From Roseibium aggregatum (GTDB taxonomy: Bacteria > Pseudomonadota > Alphaproteobacteria > Rhizobiales > Stappiaceae), in the NCBI RefSeq assembly GCF_014692675.1, contig NZ_JABFCZ010000013.1, positions 1 to 64,000 of the forward strand: 64,000 bases of DNA. The letters are read 5' to 3'. The translations under genes were made by a program, and so were the position numbers. Positions 1 through 8,725 of this stretch are shown here, in pieces. The notes under the pieces are model-generated. The model saw only the letters and a program-made list of their open reading frames with translations, searched no databases and was not told where the DNA came from. The first letter of the stretch is position 1; each line of letters opens with the position of its first letter.

Positions 1-11
1 AACTGACCAGC

Positions 12-284
12 ATGGCCGTTCTCAAATGGTGTCAGGAGACTGGCGTCGACTGGCACTACATCCAACCGGGAAAGCCGATGCAGAACGGTTTCGTCGAGAG
101 CTTCAACGGTAGTTTCAGGGATGAATGCCTCAACGAAACACTGTTTTCGTCGCTCGCCGAAGCCAGGTCCAAAATCACATCATGGAAGGACGACTACAAC
201 CGAAACAGACCCCACTCATCCCTGGGCAATCTCACGCCCTACGAATTCGCATTGAAAATGACATTGCAAACACAGGCCGCATGA
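12..284 (+). mobile_element. IS3-family transposase OrfB C-terminal fragment (DDE/rve integrase core), 5'-truncated by the window edge
   Basis: 90-aa ORF with typical IS3 OrfB C-terminal residues ([24 protein letters not shown]...[14 protein letters not shown]). Followed by 250 bp of AT-rich DNA that may contain the IS right end. Confidence 0.75.
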
Positions 285-546
285 GGTCAAAAATCAACCG
301 AAGGACTCCGCGCTAAACCGGACGAGGATCGGGTCTCAGGTCATGGCCAATGCCGCCGTCGCCCGGAGGTGGTCCTGCAAGGCCTGCCAATCGCTTTGAT
401 CTTCAGCGGAACCTGAATGGGCATAAAACATGGATAACTAAAAGTTCCAATTTCTCCACCCACAGCTTACACGAGCTATACTAAATTAAAATCATCAAAA
501 ACTTACGGAGCATCAAAAGATAACAATGGCTCCAAAGTCTAAAATA

Positions 547-1089
547 CTAAACGTTCAAAAGTGCTATTGCATCCTGGACTGGCATGAACAACCGAAGCTG
601 AGAATTCTGCAAAGGCGTGAAACCATATCCGGAATATAAGGTAAGTCTTCGCTTTGTGGCCTCTTCATTTCCGCAATCAAGTACATCCATCAGGACCACA
701 GAGATACCGAGTGTCTCGGAAGCACGGGCGAGGTTCTTAAGAGCCTCAACGAGCAGAACGCCGCCTATTCCGTTGCCCTGAAATCTTTGATCAACGCCAA
801 TCATCGAAATATAGGCGGCAGGGATTGACCCGTGGCTAGGCCTTGCCCGAGCATACTTTTTTGGAAGATCCCCATAAGCAATTGTGTGCGCGTTGACAGC
901 ATAGAAGCCCAACAATTGGTCTCCCGCGTCGATTAGAACAGATACTCGCACATTCCCGGCTTTTTGAAGCTTATTCGCGGTTTTCCTAAAATAGTTATCG
1001 ACTTGGTCTACGCCGCATGAAAAAGCCGTCCGATCGTGTTTATCCGGATCGAACGGCTCGAATTTGAGGGGCCGCGAAATATTACTCAC
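547..1089 (-). CDS. GNAT-family acetyltransferase toxin (TacT/KacT-like) of a type II TA pair. The listed ORF extends to 1221, but the probable start is the GTG at 1089, which overlaps the antitoxin stop.
   Basis: Acetyl-CoA-binding motif QRFQGNGIGGVLLVEAL. Sits immediately downstream of, and 8 bp overlapping, a DUF1778 antitoxin gene. A ~180-aa product fits this toxin family. Confidence 0.7.
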   Translation of the reverse strand: MSNISRPLKFEPFDPDKHDRTAFSCGVDQVDNYFRKTANKLQKAGNVRVSVLIDAGDQLLGFYAVNAHTIAYGDLPKKYARARPSHGSIPAAYISMIGVDQRFQGNGIGGVLLVEALKNLARASETLGISVVLMDVLDCGNEEATKRRLTLYSGYGFTPLQNSQLRLFMPVQDAIALLNV

Positions 1090-1393
1090 TGCCGGCAACC
1101 ATCTCCTTATGCAGCTTTGCAGCGGCCAACAGCTTTTCCGTTGGAGCGGCCGGGCGCTCAAGAGCGTCAAAGAACGCAGCATGATCGACGGGCGCCAGCA
1201 TCGTTCGTTCGTGCGCCGCAATCACATCCTGCGCACGCAGCAATGCTGCATTGGTCGTAAATGTGCTGAGATCCATGCCGGAGAGTTCAGCGGCCTTTTC
1301 AATGGCCGCTTTTATCGAGGCTTTCGTACGGATGTTCAGCCTGGCATCGCTCTTCTCAGGCAGAGAAGATACGAGATCCGCTGCTCCCAACAT
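1082..1393 (-). CDS. DUF1778-family (ribbon-helix-helix) antitoxin partner of the GNAT toxin
   Basis: 103-aa ORF with an RHH-like N-terminus (SDARLNIRTKASIKAAIEKAAELSG). Lies upstream of, and overlaps, the GNAT gene, matching the canonical TacA/TacT arrangement. Confidence 0.7.
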   Translation of the reverse strand: MLGAADLVSSLPEKSDARLNIRTKASIKAAIEKAAELSGMDLSTFTTNAALLRAQDVIAAHERTMLAPVDHAAFFDALERPAAPTEKLLAAAKLHKEMVAGSE

Positions 1394-1518
1394 TGACGCC
1401 TCCTTTGTTTGCGTGGCTCGAAGGGTAAACTCTTTGCTTAATGTACGTCAACTAGACGCACATTTCAAGTTTAAGACCAACCCAACTAATTAAGCGTCAG
1501 CGCACCAACATTGAAAGG

Positions 1519-2001
1519 TTAGTTCGATGAACCATCTGCCGTATCGAAACGTGAATTGGCCGGGAACTTCCGATCAGATGCATCAACAAACTTCCATCCC
1601 TTTTCGCCGGACTTCCGGGCTTCTCTGAGAGAGGTGGCTTTCCAAGCTCCCAGGAGTCTTTCGAGCCGATCAATCAAAAAGAGCTGATAAAACGCGTAAA
1701 TCGTCAAACCTCCAAGCCCAATCCAACAGACGGTGGTTGTTTCCAGCACGCCGCGAAACAGCAGAAAAGCAGCAAACATTGGTAGGGCTAGCGCGCACAA
1801 GGAAATGGCTTTGCTTCGGAGAGCATTCCGCTTCCAGAATTGGAGAATTTCCTCTTCACTCAAAATTCGGCGCTTCTTCCGATAGAAGGAGAGCCCGCTA
1901 AATAAGCTATCACCGCCTTCTAGATCAGACGTTTCAGAAAACTTCTTATTCAGCAATGAAAGAAGTGCTTCAGAAATCGCTTCCGCCTTTTCGCTTTTCA
2001 T
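1519..2001 (-). CDS. Hypothetical small membrane protein (2 predicted TM helices) co-oriented downstream of the XRE regulator
   Basis: 160-aa ORF with a hydrophobic core (ISLCALALPMFAAFLLF...CWIGLGGLTIYAFYQLFLI). There is a 7-bp gap after the XRE gene. Low-GC codon usage. Confidence 0.5.
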   Translation of the reverse strand: MKSEKAEAISEALLSLLNKKFSETSDLEGGDSLFSGLSFYRKKRRILSEEEILQFWKRNALRSKAISLCALALPMFAAFLLFRGVLETTTVCWIGLGGLTIYAFYQLFLIDRLERLLGAWKATSLREARKSGEKGWKFVDASDRKFPANSRFDTADGSSN

Positions 2002-2008
2002 GCAGCTC

Positions 2009-2404
2009 TCACATGACCGTATTAAATATTCTCTTGAGCTCTTTATCCCCGAAATCTCTTCCAGAAATTACCTCTTCATATACAAATCGAATTAACTTGG
2101 CCTTCCTCTCAAGAGGCGGCTCCAAATCATTCATTTTTGCAAATTTTTCCACAGCAAGAACGGCAGCCTCAACCAATTCACCATTCATGTCGCTTTTTAT
2201 TTGCCCTTCCCCCAGAATAAGCCAAGCAGGCGATACGCCGTATTCCTCGCAAATCCTAGCAATCAAGCCGACCGGAACGGGCGAAGCTCCTCGCTCGTAG
2301 TTCTTGTAAGAGCTCTGCGATACACCGAGTTTTTCCGCAAACGGGATCTGCGAATATCCAGCATTCTCACGAACAACCGCTAATCGTTTACCGATATCAG
2401 ACAC
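2009..2404 (-). CDS. XRE-family (Cro/cI-type) HTH transcriptional regulator
   Basis: N-terminal HTH_XRE signature LAVVRENAGYSQIPFAEKLGVSQSSYKNYERG; 131 aa. Confidence 0.75.
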   Translation of the reverse strand: MSDIGKRLAVVRENAGYSQIPFAEKLGVSQSSYKNYERGASPVPVGLIARICEEYGVSPAWLILGEGQIKSDMNGELVEAAVLAVEKFAKMNDLEPPLERKAKLIRFVYEEVISGRDFGDKELKRIFNTVM

Positions 2405-2507
2405 TTCTGGGTTGACCTTGGTACATAATTTTGTACTAAGTAGGAAATACTAACTTCCTACGACGCTAAAGCTAAGTTTTTCATACCAGTGGAGAAAATT
2501 CGATACA

Positions 2508-2720
2508 ATGGCTCTGGGATTGGAAACGATCAAAGAACTGGCCGACCGGACCGGTTGGCCTAAAAGCCGCATTCGCAAGCTCGTCGAAAATCGGGAACTG
2601 CGACACGTGAGGATCGGTGGCGGAATTTTCATTCCAAATGGCGCGATTGAGGAATTCATCAAGAACAATACGATTGCGCCGATTGTTGAAACGCCCACTC
2701 GTTCCCCTTCAAGGGCTTGA
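2508..2720 (+). CDS. AlpA/excisionase-like small HTH DNA-binding protein
   Basis: 70-aa ORF with an HTH_17-like motif (IKELADRTGWPKSRIRKLVENRELRHVRIGGGIFIP). Lies directly upstream of the integrase. Confidence 0.6.
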   Translation: MALGLETIKELADRTGWPKSRIRKLVENRELRHVRIGGGIFIPNGAIEEFIKNNTIAPIVETPTRSPSRA

Positions 2721-2995
2721 CCTTATCCATGACTGCAATGCCCCATTCGCAGAAACACGCTCGGTCAGCGAAGCTAGCTGTCAGCCGCTCTACTGCCGCC
2801 GACATGCTCGACATTTCACCAACCACATTCGACACATGGGTCGGCCGCGGCTGGATGCCCAAAGGTTACAAGATTGGAGGGCTTAGACGATGGTTTGTCG
2901 ATGACCTCCGGTCGAGCCTTCACGATCTGACAGAGGCGAACTCAACCGTAGAAGATGAAGACGCTGAAAATCCGTTCGACTATGCCGTCGGCTAA
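2717..2995 (+). CDS. Second excisionase/HTH_17-like DNA-binding protein; its stop overlaps the integrase start
   Basis: Motif STAADMLDISPTTFDTWVGRGWMPKGYKIGGLRRW is typical of phage excisionase-family HTH proteins. Confidence 0.55.
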   Translation: MTLSMTAMPHSQKHARSAKLAVSRSTAADMLDISPTTFDTWVGRGWMPKGYKIGGLRRWFVDDLRSSLHDLTEANSTVEDEDAENPFDYAVG

Positions 2996-4214
2996 TCGAA
3001 AGAAGATTCCGTTCAAATATTGTTCGGCAGATGTTGACCGGCACGGCAACGTCCGGATTTATCTGCGTCGGCCGGGTCTGCCTAAATACCGGATGCAGTC
3101 GTCCTACTTGGATGATAACGGCAATATTACCGAGGCATTTGCCGCGGAATATCATCGCGTTATGGCAGGCAACGTCGATCAGGTATTGAACACAAAACCC
3201 GACGAGTGGAAACCAGGCTCAATTGGTTGGCTGTTTGCTCAATATCAGCGATCGAAGACTTTTCAGGAGCAGGATCAGGCGACCCAACGGGACAAGCATA
3301 GCGTTTTAGGGCGCTATTGCGCAACTGTTGGTCATCTGCCGTTCCAGATGCTCAGGAAGTCTGATGTCGAAGCCAGCCAGATGAAACGTCGCGAAACGCC
3401 TGCGGCGGCTGACAAGCTCGTGAAATATCTGAAAGCCCTTTTCAATTGGGCGTTGAGCGACCTTGATCTTATGGCCCGGTTTCCAGTGCCCAGAAATCCG
3501 GCTGAAGGGATCTCGAAGATCAGCCGCTCCGACGGTTTTCATACCTGGTCCGCAATCGAAATTTCCACTTTCCGAGAACATTATCCGCTTGGCACTACAG
3601 CTCGCTTGGCGTTTGAACTGCTTTATAATCTGGGCATTCGCAGGTCGGATCTTGTTCAACTCGGTCCAGGCAACCTCGATGGTGACACATTCAAACTGGT
3701 CCCGCAGAAAGGCAGCAAGAATGAGCTGCTCGTCCTGCCGATCACGAGAGCCCTCATGGCCGCGCTCAGGCACGCCCCAGAAGGCCAGGAAACATTCTTG
3801 ACGACCGAGTTCGGTAAGCCATTTAGCTCGAACGGTTTCGGTAACAAAATGCGCGACTGGTGCGATACAGCGGGCCTGAAACAGTGCTCTTCTCACGGCC
3901 TGAGAAAATCCGCTGCGACCGTGCTGGCCGAAGCCGGTGCCACGGAATATCAGCTCATGGCGGTCTTCGGCTGGAGCGATTCAAAAACTGCTCGGATCTA
4001 CACCAAGAAGGCCGAGCAAAAACGTCTCGCCAAGTCGGCGTTCGAACATCTTGAAGTTTCAACAGAACGGAAAAATGTCCCACTTTCTCGTCACAGCAAA
4101 CCGAGTGGGACAAAAAGAGGAAAAAATGCTGGAAAATCAACACCCCAAAAGTGGAGTGGTGGGCCCGGAGGGACTCGAACCCCCAACCAATCCGTTATGA
4201 GCGGACGGCTCTAA
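2982..4214 (+). CDS. int: Tyrosine-type site-specific integrase (phage integrase family). The ORF reads through into the tRNA gene, so the 3' end is uncertain.
   Basis: Catalytic-region motifs RSDLVQL...HGLRKSAAT...Y (ARIYTKK). The C-terminus overlaps tRNA-Met, as is typical for tRNA-targeting integrases. Confidence 0.85.
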   Translation: MPSANRKKIPFKYCSADVDRHGNVRIYLRRPGLPKYRMQSSYLDDNGNITEAFAAEYHRVMAGNVDQVLNTKPDEWKPGSIGWLFAQYQRSKTFQEQDQATQRDKHSVLGRYCATVGHLPFQMLRKSDVEASQMKRRETPAAADKLVKYLKALFNWALSDLDLMARFPVPRNPAEGISKISRSDGFHTWSAIEISTFREHYPLGTTARLAFELLYNLGIRRSDLVQLGPGNLDGDTFKLVPQKGSKNELLVLPITRALMAALRHAPEGQETFLTTEFGKPFSSNGFGNKMRDWCDTAGLKQCSSHGLRKSAATVLAEAGATEYQLMAVFGWSDSKTARIYTKKAEQKRLAKSAFEHLEVSTERKNVPLSRHSKPSGTKRGKNAGKSTPQKWSGGPGGTRTPNQSVMSGRL

Positions 4215-4233
4215 CCAATTGAGCTACAGGCCC
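4157..4233 (-). tRNA. tRNA-Met (anticodon CAT; initiator versus elongator versus Ile-lysidine not resolved), CCA encoded
   Basis: The minus strand reads GGGCCTGTAGCTCAATTGGTTAGAGC-GTCCGCTCATAACGGATTGG...GGTTCGAGTCCCTCCGGGCCCACCA. It has a 7-bp acceptor stem, D, anticodon (CAT) and T arms, and is 77 nt long. Confidence 0.85.
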
Positions 4234-4435
4234 TGACCGGCGGAAAGCAGGGCGGGAGCCCTGCCCGAGCGGTGCTTTCAGCTACCTACACCATTGCAAT
4301 CGGCACGAGCAAGCCTCTTGAGGCGATCCGCGGCATTCCGGCCGTCCTTTGCGCACCGGTTTGCCGAAAAACCCGCTTTGCACCGCCGTTCGGGTTCTGT
4401 ACCACAGGAAAGAGAGCCTCATTTGCGGAGCCATC

Positions 4436-5521
4436 ATGCAGTCGTCCCTGCTCAACGTGACTCTGAGTATCATCCTGGTCGTCCTGGTCGGCTGGCTGCT
4501 GGTGGCGGGCCGGGCCCTGCTCCTGCCCTTCGTCATCGCCCTGATCGTCTGGTACCTGATCAACGCCCTGTCCCACGGGTTTCAGCTCGTCCGCCTGGGC
4601 GGCCGGCATCTGCCCGGCTGGATCGCCTTCCCCTTAGCGCTTGCGACCATCTTCATCGCCGGCACCTTCGTGTTCGACATGGTGGCCGCGAACCTGGCGC
4701 AGCTGGCGCGGGATGCCCCGGTCTATCAGGGCCGTCTGGAGGAGGTGTTCGATCAGCTCGCAGGGCTTGTCCATCTGAGCGATCCGATCAAGCTGGAGGA
4801 TCTTCTGCCAGACGCCTTCGTGCCCAAACTGGTCACCGCAGGGGCCGGGTTCGTGACCACCGTCGCCGGCTCTGCCTCGCTGGTTTTCATCTACACCCTG
4901 TTCCTGCTCCTGGAACAGTCGACCTTCGACCTCAAGCTGGAACGGCTGTTCGCCGATCCGGAAAAGGCGAAGGCGGCCTTTGCCGTCCGGGCGGAAATCA
5001 ACCAGAGCATCCTGCATTATTTCAGCATCAAGACCGCCGTCAGCATCGCCACCGGCGTGCTCACGAGCCTGGTTCTGACCGTGATGGATCTCCCCTATGC
5101 GCCGCTGTTCGGGTTCATCGCGTTTCTCCTGAACTACATCCCGACGATCGGCTCGCTGGTCAGCGTGATCTTTCCGAGCCTTCTGGCCGTCGTCTATTAC
5201 GACACCCTGGTGCCCTTCTTCATCATCGCCACCGGTCTCGGCTCGATCCAGTTTTCGATCGGCAATCTGATCGAGCCCAGACTGATGGGATCGAGCCTCA
5301 ACCTGTCCGGCCTGGTGATCATGCTGTCGCTCGCCTTCTGGGGATCCATCTGGGGGGCCGTCGGCATGGTGCTCTGTGTACCGCTGACCGTGTTGATCAT
5401 GATTGTCTGCTCGAAATTCGAGGCCTCCCGGCCGGTCGCCGTCCTGCTGTCGGCCAATGGCGCGATCGCCGATCCGCCCGGACATGAGAAGGCCGGGCTT
5501 CACCACCATGACAACGGCTGA
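4436..5521 (+). CDS. AI-2E family transporter (PerM/TqsA-like, UPF0118)
   Basis: Multi-TM protein with the conserved C-terminal block NYIPTIGSLVS...GSIWGAVGMVLCVPL. Start chosen at the ATG at 4436 rather than the listed 4349. Confidence 0.75.
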   Translation: MQSSLLNVTLSIILVVLVGWLLVAGRALLLPFVIALIVWYLINALSHGFQLVRLGGRHLPGWIAFPLALATIFIAGTFVFDMVAANLAQLARDAPVYQGRLEEVFDQLAGLVHLSDPIKLEDLLPDAFVPKLVTAGAGFVTTVAGSASLVFIYTLFLLLEQSTFDLKLERLFADPEKAKAAFAVRAEINQSILHYFSIKTAVSIATGVLTSLVLTVMDLPYAPLFGFIAFLLNYIPTIGSLVSVIFPSLLAVVYYDTLVPFFIIATGLGSIQFSIGNLIEPRLMGSSLNLSGLVIMLSLAFWGSIWGAVGMVLCVPLTVLIMIVCSKFEASRPVAVLLSANGAIADPPGHEKAGLHHHDNG

Positions 5522-5641
5522 TCGGGAAGCGACCGATGAACATCCCCCGATGAATATCAGATGAACCGTCGGGCCATCACTGTGCCCCAATCGGTCTGCA
5601 GCTTCTGAAAATTGCTTTATTCAAACCCTTTGAGAGGTTCC

Positions 5642-6409
5642 ATGTCGCAAATAATCCGGCTTTCGACCATGCCCCGCCGGGCTCCGGAACGTTCCCGCGT
5701 TCTGTCTGCCATGCTCCTTGCCATGACGATCGCCATCGTCAGCCCGTCCCCGGCAGCAAAGGCTGCGGAAAAGCCCGCCACCATCAGTCTGGAAGGCCGC
5801 GGCGAGATCTCCGTTGCCCCGGACATGGCCGTGGTGACCACACGGGTCGTCAATGTGGGCGCCTCGGCGCCCGAAGCGCTTCAGGCCAACACTGCTGCCA
5901 TTGCCAAGGTGATCGCCGATATCAAGGCGGCCGGCATCGAGGCGAAGGATATTCAGACCAGCGGCTTTTCAATCTACCCGCGCTACGAGAACCGCAAGGA
6001 CGGCAACAACGAACCTCCGAAGATCGTCGGCTACGAGGTCTCCAACGGGGTTACGGTCCGCGTCCGCGCCCTTGAGAAGCTCGGCGCCATCTTGAACGCG
6101 GTCGTCGCCTCCGGCGCCAATTCGGTCGACGGCATCAGCTTTGCCGTCAGCGACACCAGCGAGAAACTGGACGAGGCCCGCAAGGAAGCGGTCGCCGACG
6201 CCCGGCGCAAGGCCGAGATCTACGCGGATGCCGCTGGGGTAAAACTCGGACGTATCCTGTCAATCTCCGAGGGCAGCGTGGCCATGCCGCGCCCCTACGC
6301 GGTGCGCTCGGAAAAGATGATGGCGATGGCGGCCGCCCCCGTGCCCGTCGAAGCCGGCGAGGAAACCCTTTCGGCGACCGTCAGCATCGTCTGGGAAATC
6401 GCGGAATAG
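5642..6409 (+). CDS. SIMPL-domain periplasmic protein (BP26/Omp28 family, DUF541)
   Basis: Signal peptide followed by ISVAPDMAVVTTRVVNVGASAPEALQANTAAIAKVIADIKAAGIEAKDIQT, which is characteristic of the BP26/SIMPL family. Confidence 0.75.
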   Translation: MSQIIRLSTMPRRAPERSRVLSAMLLAMTIAIVSPSPAAKAAEKPATISLEGRGEISVAPDMAVVTTRVVNVGASAPEALQANTAAIAKVIADIKAAGIEAKDIQTSGFSIYPRYENRKDGNNEPPKIVGYEVSNGVTVRVRALEKLGAILNAVVASGANSVDGISFAVSDTSEKLDEARKEAVADARRKAEIYADAAGVKLGRILSISEGSVAMPRPYAVRSEKMMAMAAAPVPVEAGEETLSATVSIVWEIAE

Positions 6410-6436
6410 GATGGGTCGGCGACCCCGGATCGGCGG

Positions 6437-7024
6437 TCAGAGGTCGCCGATCCAGATCTGCATCGGCTTTTCCGTCTCGTGCGGTTCGCCCACGTCCTGC
6501 CACGGAAAGTAGACGATGCCCCCTTCCAGCTTGCGGTAACCGCGTTTGGTCCAGAAAGGATCGAGCGGCGAATAATCCTTCGGTCTCAAGGAGTGATCGT
6601 CGGGCCGGATGACGGCGCAAAACGCGGCCGTCGAACAGCCAAGCGAGCGGGCATGAGCCTCGCGTTCATCGAAGAACCTGTGGCCGATGCCCCGCCCCCG
6701 GTAGCCCGGATCGAGAACGGATTCAGCGAAATAGAACACCTCCGCCGGATCCAGTCCTGCCTCCTCGAACGGACGGCGGATCGCGGCGACCTCATGGATC
6801 AGCGGCTGACCGGTCGCGGCCCCGACAAGACGCTCGCCATCAAAGGCGCCGACAATCACGGCACCGTCCGTGTCCGCATAGCGCGCCAGATATTTCTCCT
6901 CATAGTCGAGCGAACCGTCATAGAGGTAGGGCCATTTCCGGAACACGGAAATACGCAAACCGGCCAGCGCCGGCAGCGCCGCTTTCAGGCTGTCGCCCTT
7001 CAGCGTTCTGATTTCAATTGCCAC
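6437..7024 (-). CDS. GNAT-family N-acetyltransferase
   Basis: Acetyl-CoA motif (RGRGIGHRFF) in a 195-aa ORF. Confidence 0.65.
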   Translation of the reverse strand: MAIEIRTLKGDSLKAALPALAGLRISVFRKWPYLYDGSLDYEEKYLARYADTDGAVIVGAFDGERLVGAATGQPLIHEVAAIRRPFEEAGLDPAEVFYFAESVLDPGYRGRGIGHRFFDEREAHARSLGCSTAAFCAVIRPDDHSLRPKDYSPLDPFWTKRGYRKLEGGIVYFPWQDVGEPHETEKPMQIWIGDL

Positions 7025-7201
7025 GAATCGCTCCCGATATCGTCAAATCATTAGCCGGCTTAGTAAGAGCGATAGGCATCAAAGCTTACGCCTATCGCTC
7101 TCATTTCATAAAAAACACCCATTGAATCCCGGATCGAAAATTCGTATGTACGCGGCTCCGGTTTTTAAATCCGGTCTCATCTGCTGGTTGGGGAGAGCGT
7201 A

Positions 7202-7720
7202 ATGGAAAACGTCGCCCTCTTCCAACTGGGGATGGACTTGGAGGCTCAGGTTGAAGAAGGCGTCATGGACGCTGCCGAGCCAAGAAGCACCACCCAGAAG
7301 GAAGACGTAAATTCGAACGCGGTCGCTGCGGTGAAAACCGATGACCGTCTGGACCACTTCATCGAAAGACAAGGGGTCCGCTGCGCTGGTGCGCATCTGA
7401 TTATCGATCTCTATGACGCGGAGCGTCTGGACGATCTCCCGTATATCGAGGAGACGCTCAGGTCCTGTGTCGATGAAGCCGGGGCAACCCTGCTGCACAT
7501 TCACCTGCATCCGTTCGAGCCGACCGGCGTGAGCGGTGTCGCGGTGCTGGCCGAAAGCCATATCTCGGTGCACACGTGGCCGGAAGCCGGCTATGCGGCC
7601 TTCGACGTGTTCATGTGCGGCGATGCCAAGCCGGAACGCTGCGTCGACGTGCTGCGCGAAGCCTTCAGGCCGGGACGCACCGCCGTCTCCGAACTGCTGC
7701 GCGGCAAGGAAGTGGCATGA
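7202..7720 (+). CDS. speH: S-adenosylmethionine decarboxylase proenzyme, class 1B (SpeH). The true start may be the internal ATG at 7265.
   Basis: Self-processing site and core motif VLAESHISVHTWPEAGYAAFDVFMCGD match the bacterial AdoMetDC. Confidence 0.85.
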   Translation: MENVALFQLGMDLEAQVEEGVMDAAEPRSTTQKEDVNSNAVAAVKTDDRLDHFIERQGVRCAGAHLIIDLYDAERLDDLPYIEETLRSCVDEAGATLLHIHLHPFEPTGVSGVAVLAESHISVHTWPEAGYAAFDVFMCGDAKPERCVDVLREAFRPGRTAVSELLRGKEVA

Positions 7721-8589
7721 GCAGCGGACTGAAGTTCAACGAGACGCTCCATCCGGGCGTCGAGGTCAGCTACAGCTGCGAGGACATCCTCTATCAGGAC
7801 CGGACCGAACATCAGGATCTGGTGCTGTTCACCAATCCGGTGTTCGGCAAGGTCCTGATGCTGGACGGCATCACCCAGGTGACGACGGCCGACGAATTCA
7901 TCTATCACGAGATGATGTCCCATGTGCCGATCCTGGCCCACGGGGCGGCGCGCAACGTGCTGATCGTCGGCGGCGGCGATTGCGGCCTCGCCGAGGAAGT
8001 GCTGAAGCACGCTTCGGTCGAAAAGCTCACCCAGGTGGAAATCGACGCCTCCGTCGTCGAATTCTCCAGGGAGCACTTCGGCGAGTTCAACACCGGTGTC
8101 CTCGACGATCCGCGGTTCGACCTGGTGATTGCCGACGGCATGAAATTCGTCGCCGAGACGGACCGCCGCTTCGACGTGGTCATCGTCGATTCCACCGACC
8201 CGCAAGGGCCGGGCGCGATCCTGTTCTCGCAAGACTTCTACGACAGCGTCCACCGCTGCCTGACGCCGGGCGGCGTGCTCGTCACCCAGAACGGCGTGCC
8301 CTTCCTGCAGCGCCAGGAACTGGTCACCAGCATCGAACGGTTTTCGAAGACCTACGCGGATGCCGCCGCCTATATCGCGGCGATCCCGACCTATTTCGGC
8401 GGCCACATGGCCCTCGGCTGGGCCAGCGACAATGCGGAGCTGCGCAAAACCCCGGTCGCGGTTCTGGAAGACCGCTTCAAGGCCGCAGAATTCAAGACGC
8501 GCTACTACACGCCCGAAGTCCACGCCGCCGCCTTCGCCCTGCCGCGCTTCATCCTGGACGCGGTCGAGGAAGGCCGGGCCAAGGCCTGA
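7717..8589 (+). CDS. speE: Spermidine synthase (polyamine aminopropyltransferase); ATGA overlap with speH
   Basis: Motifs FGKVLMLDGITQVTTADEFIYHEMMSHVP and VLIVGGGDCGLAEEVLKH...VVIVDSTDPQGPG. Confidence 0.9.
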   Translation: MSSGLKFNETLHPGVEVSYSCEDILYQDRTEHQDLVLFTNPVFGKVLMLDGITQVTTADEFIYHEMMSHVPILAHGAARNVLIVGGGDCGLAEEVLKHASVEKLTQVEIDASVVEFSREHFGEFNTGVLDDPRFDLVIADGMKFVAETDRRFDVVIVDSTDPQGPGAILFSQDFYDSVHRCLTPGGVLVTQNGVPFLQRQELVTSIERFSKTYADAAAYIAAIPTYFGGHMALGWASDNAELRKTPVAVLEDRFKAAEFKTRYYTPEVHAAAFALPRFILDAVEEGRAKA

Positions 8590-8616
8590 CCTCGACAGGA
8601 TCTGCGATCACCTAAG

Positions 8617-8642
8617 AAGCGGGCCTCGGGCCCGCTTTTTTC
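8617..8642 (+). terminator. Rho-independent terminator after speE
   Basis: GC stem GCGGGCC-TCG-GGCCCGC followed by TTTTTTC. Confidence 0.7.
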
Positions 8643-8725
8643 ATGCCCGGTCCGTTCCTGCCTGCTGAGGACTGCGGACCGTCCGCGTCCCGGCCCTCGC
8701 GAAATCTACCAAAGGTTGTTCAGGC

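Larger units (their letters stand above)
1..4233. mobile_element. Right-hand portion of an integrative genomic island inserted at the 3' end of a tRNA-Met gene. It is delimited on the right by the tRNA and continues beyond the window start on the left.
   Basis: Tyrosine integrase is adjacent to and overlaps the tRNA 3' end. Tandem excisionase-like HTH genes, an XRE regulator, a TA pair and an IS3 transposase fragment lie to the left. GC content is locally lower (about 45-55% across 300-2500) than the ~62% backbone. Confidence 0.7.

Noticed and set aside
125-316. 63-aa ORF overlapping the IS3 transposase fragment
   Set aside because: An alternative frame of the transposase remnant with no independent support.
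4294-5590. Long ORFs 4294-5487 (+, 397 aa) and 4634-5590 (-, 318 aa) overlapping the AI-2E transporter
   Set aside because: Arg/Pro/Gly/His-rich translations typical of out-of-frame or antisense shadows in high-GC DNA. The real gene is the 4436-5521 membrane protein.
7536-8615. ORFs 7536-8615 (+, 359 aa) and 7591-8523 (-, 310 aa)
   Set aside because: Shadow frames of speE (7717-8589), with Arg/Gly/Pro-rich composition and no motifs.
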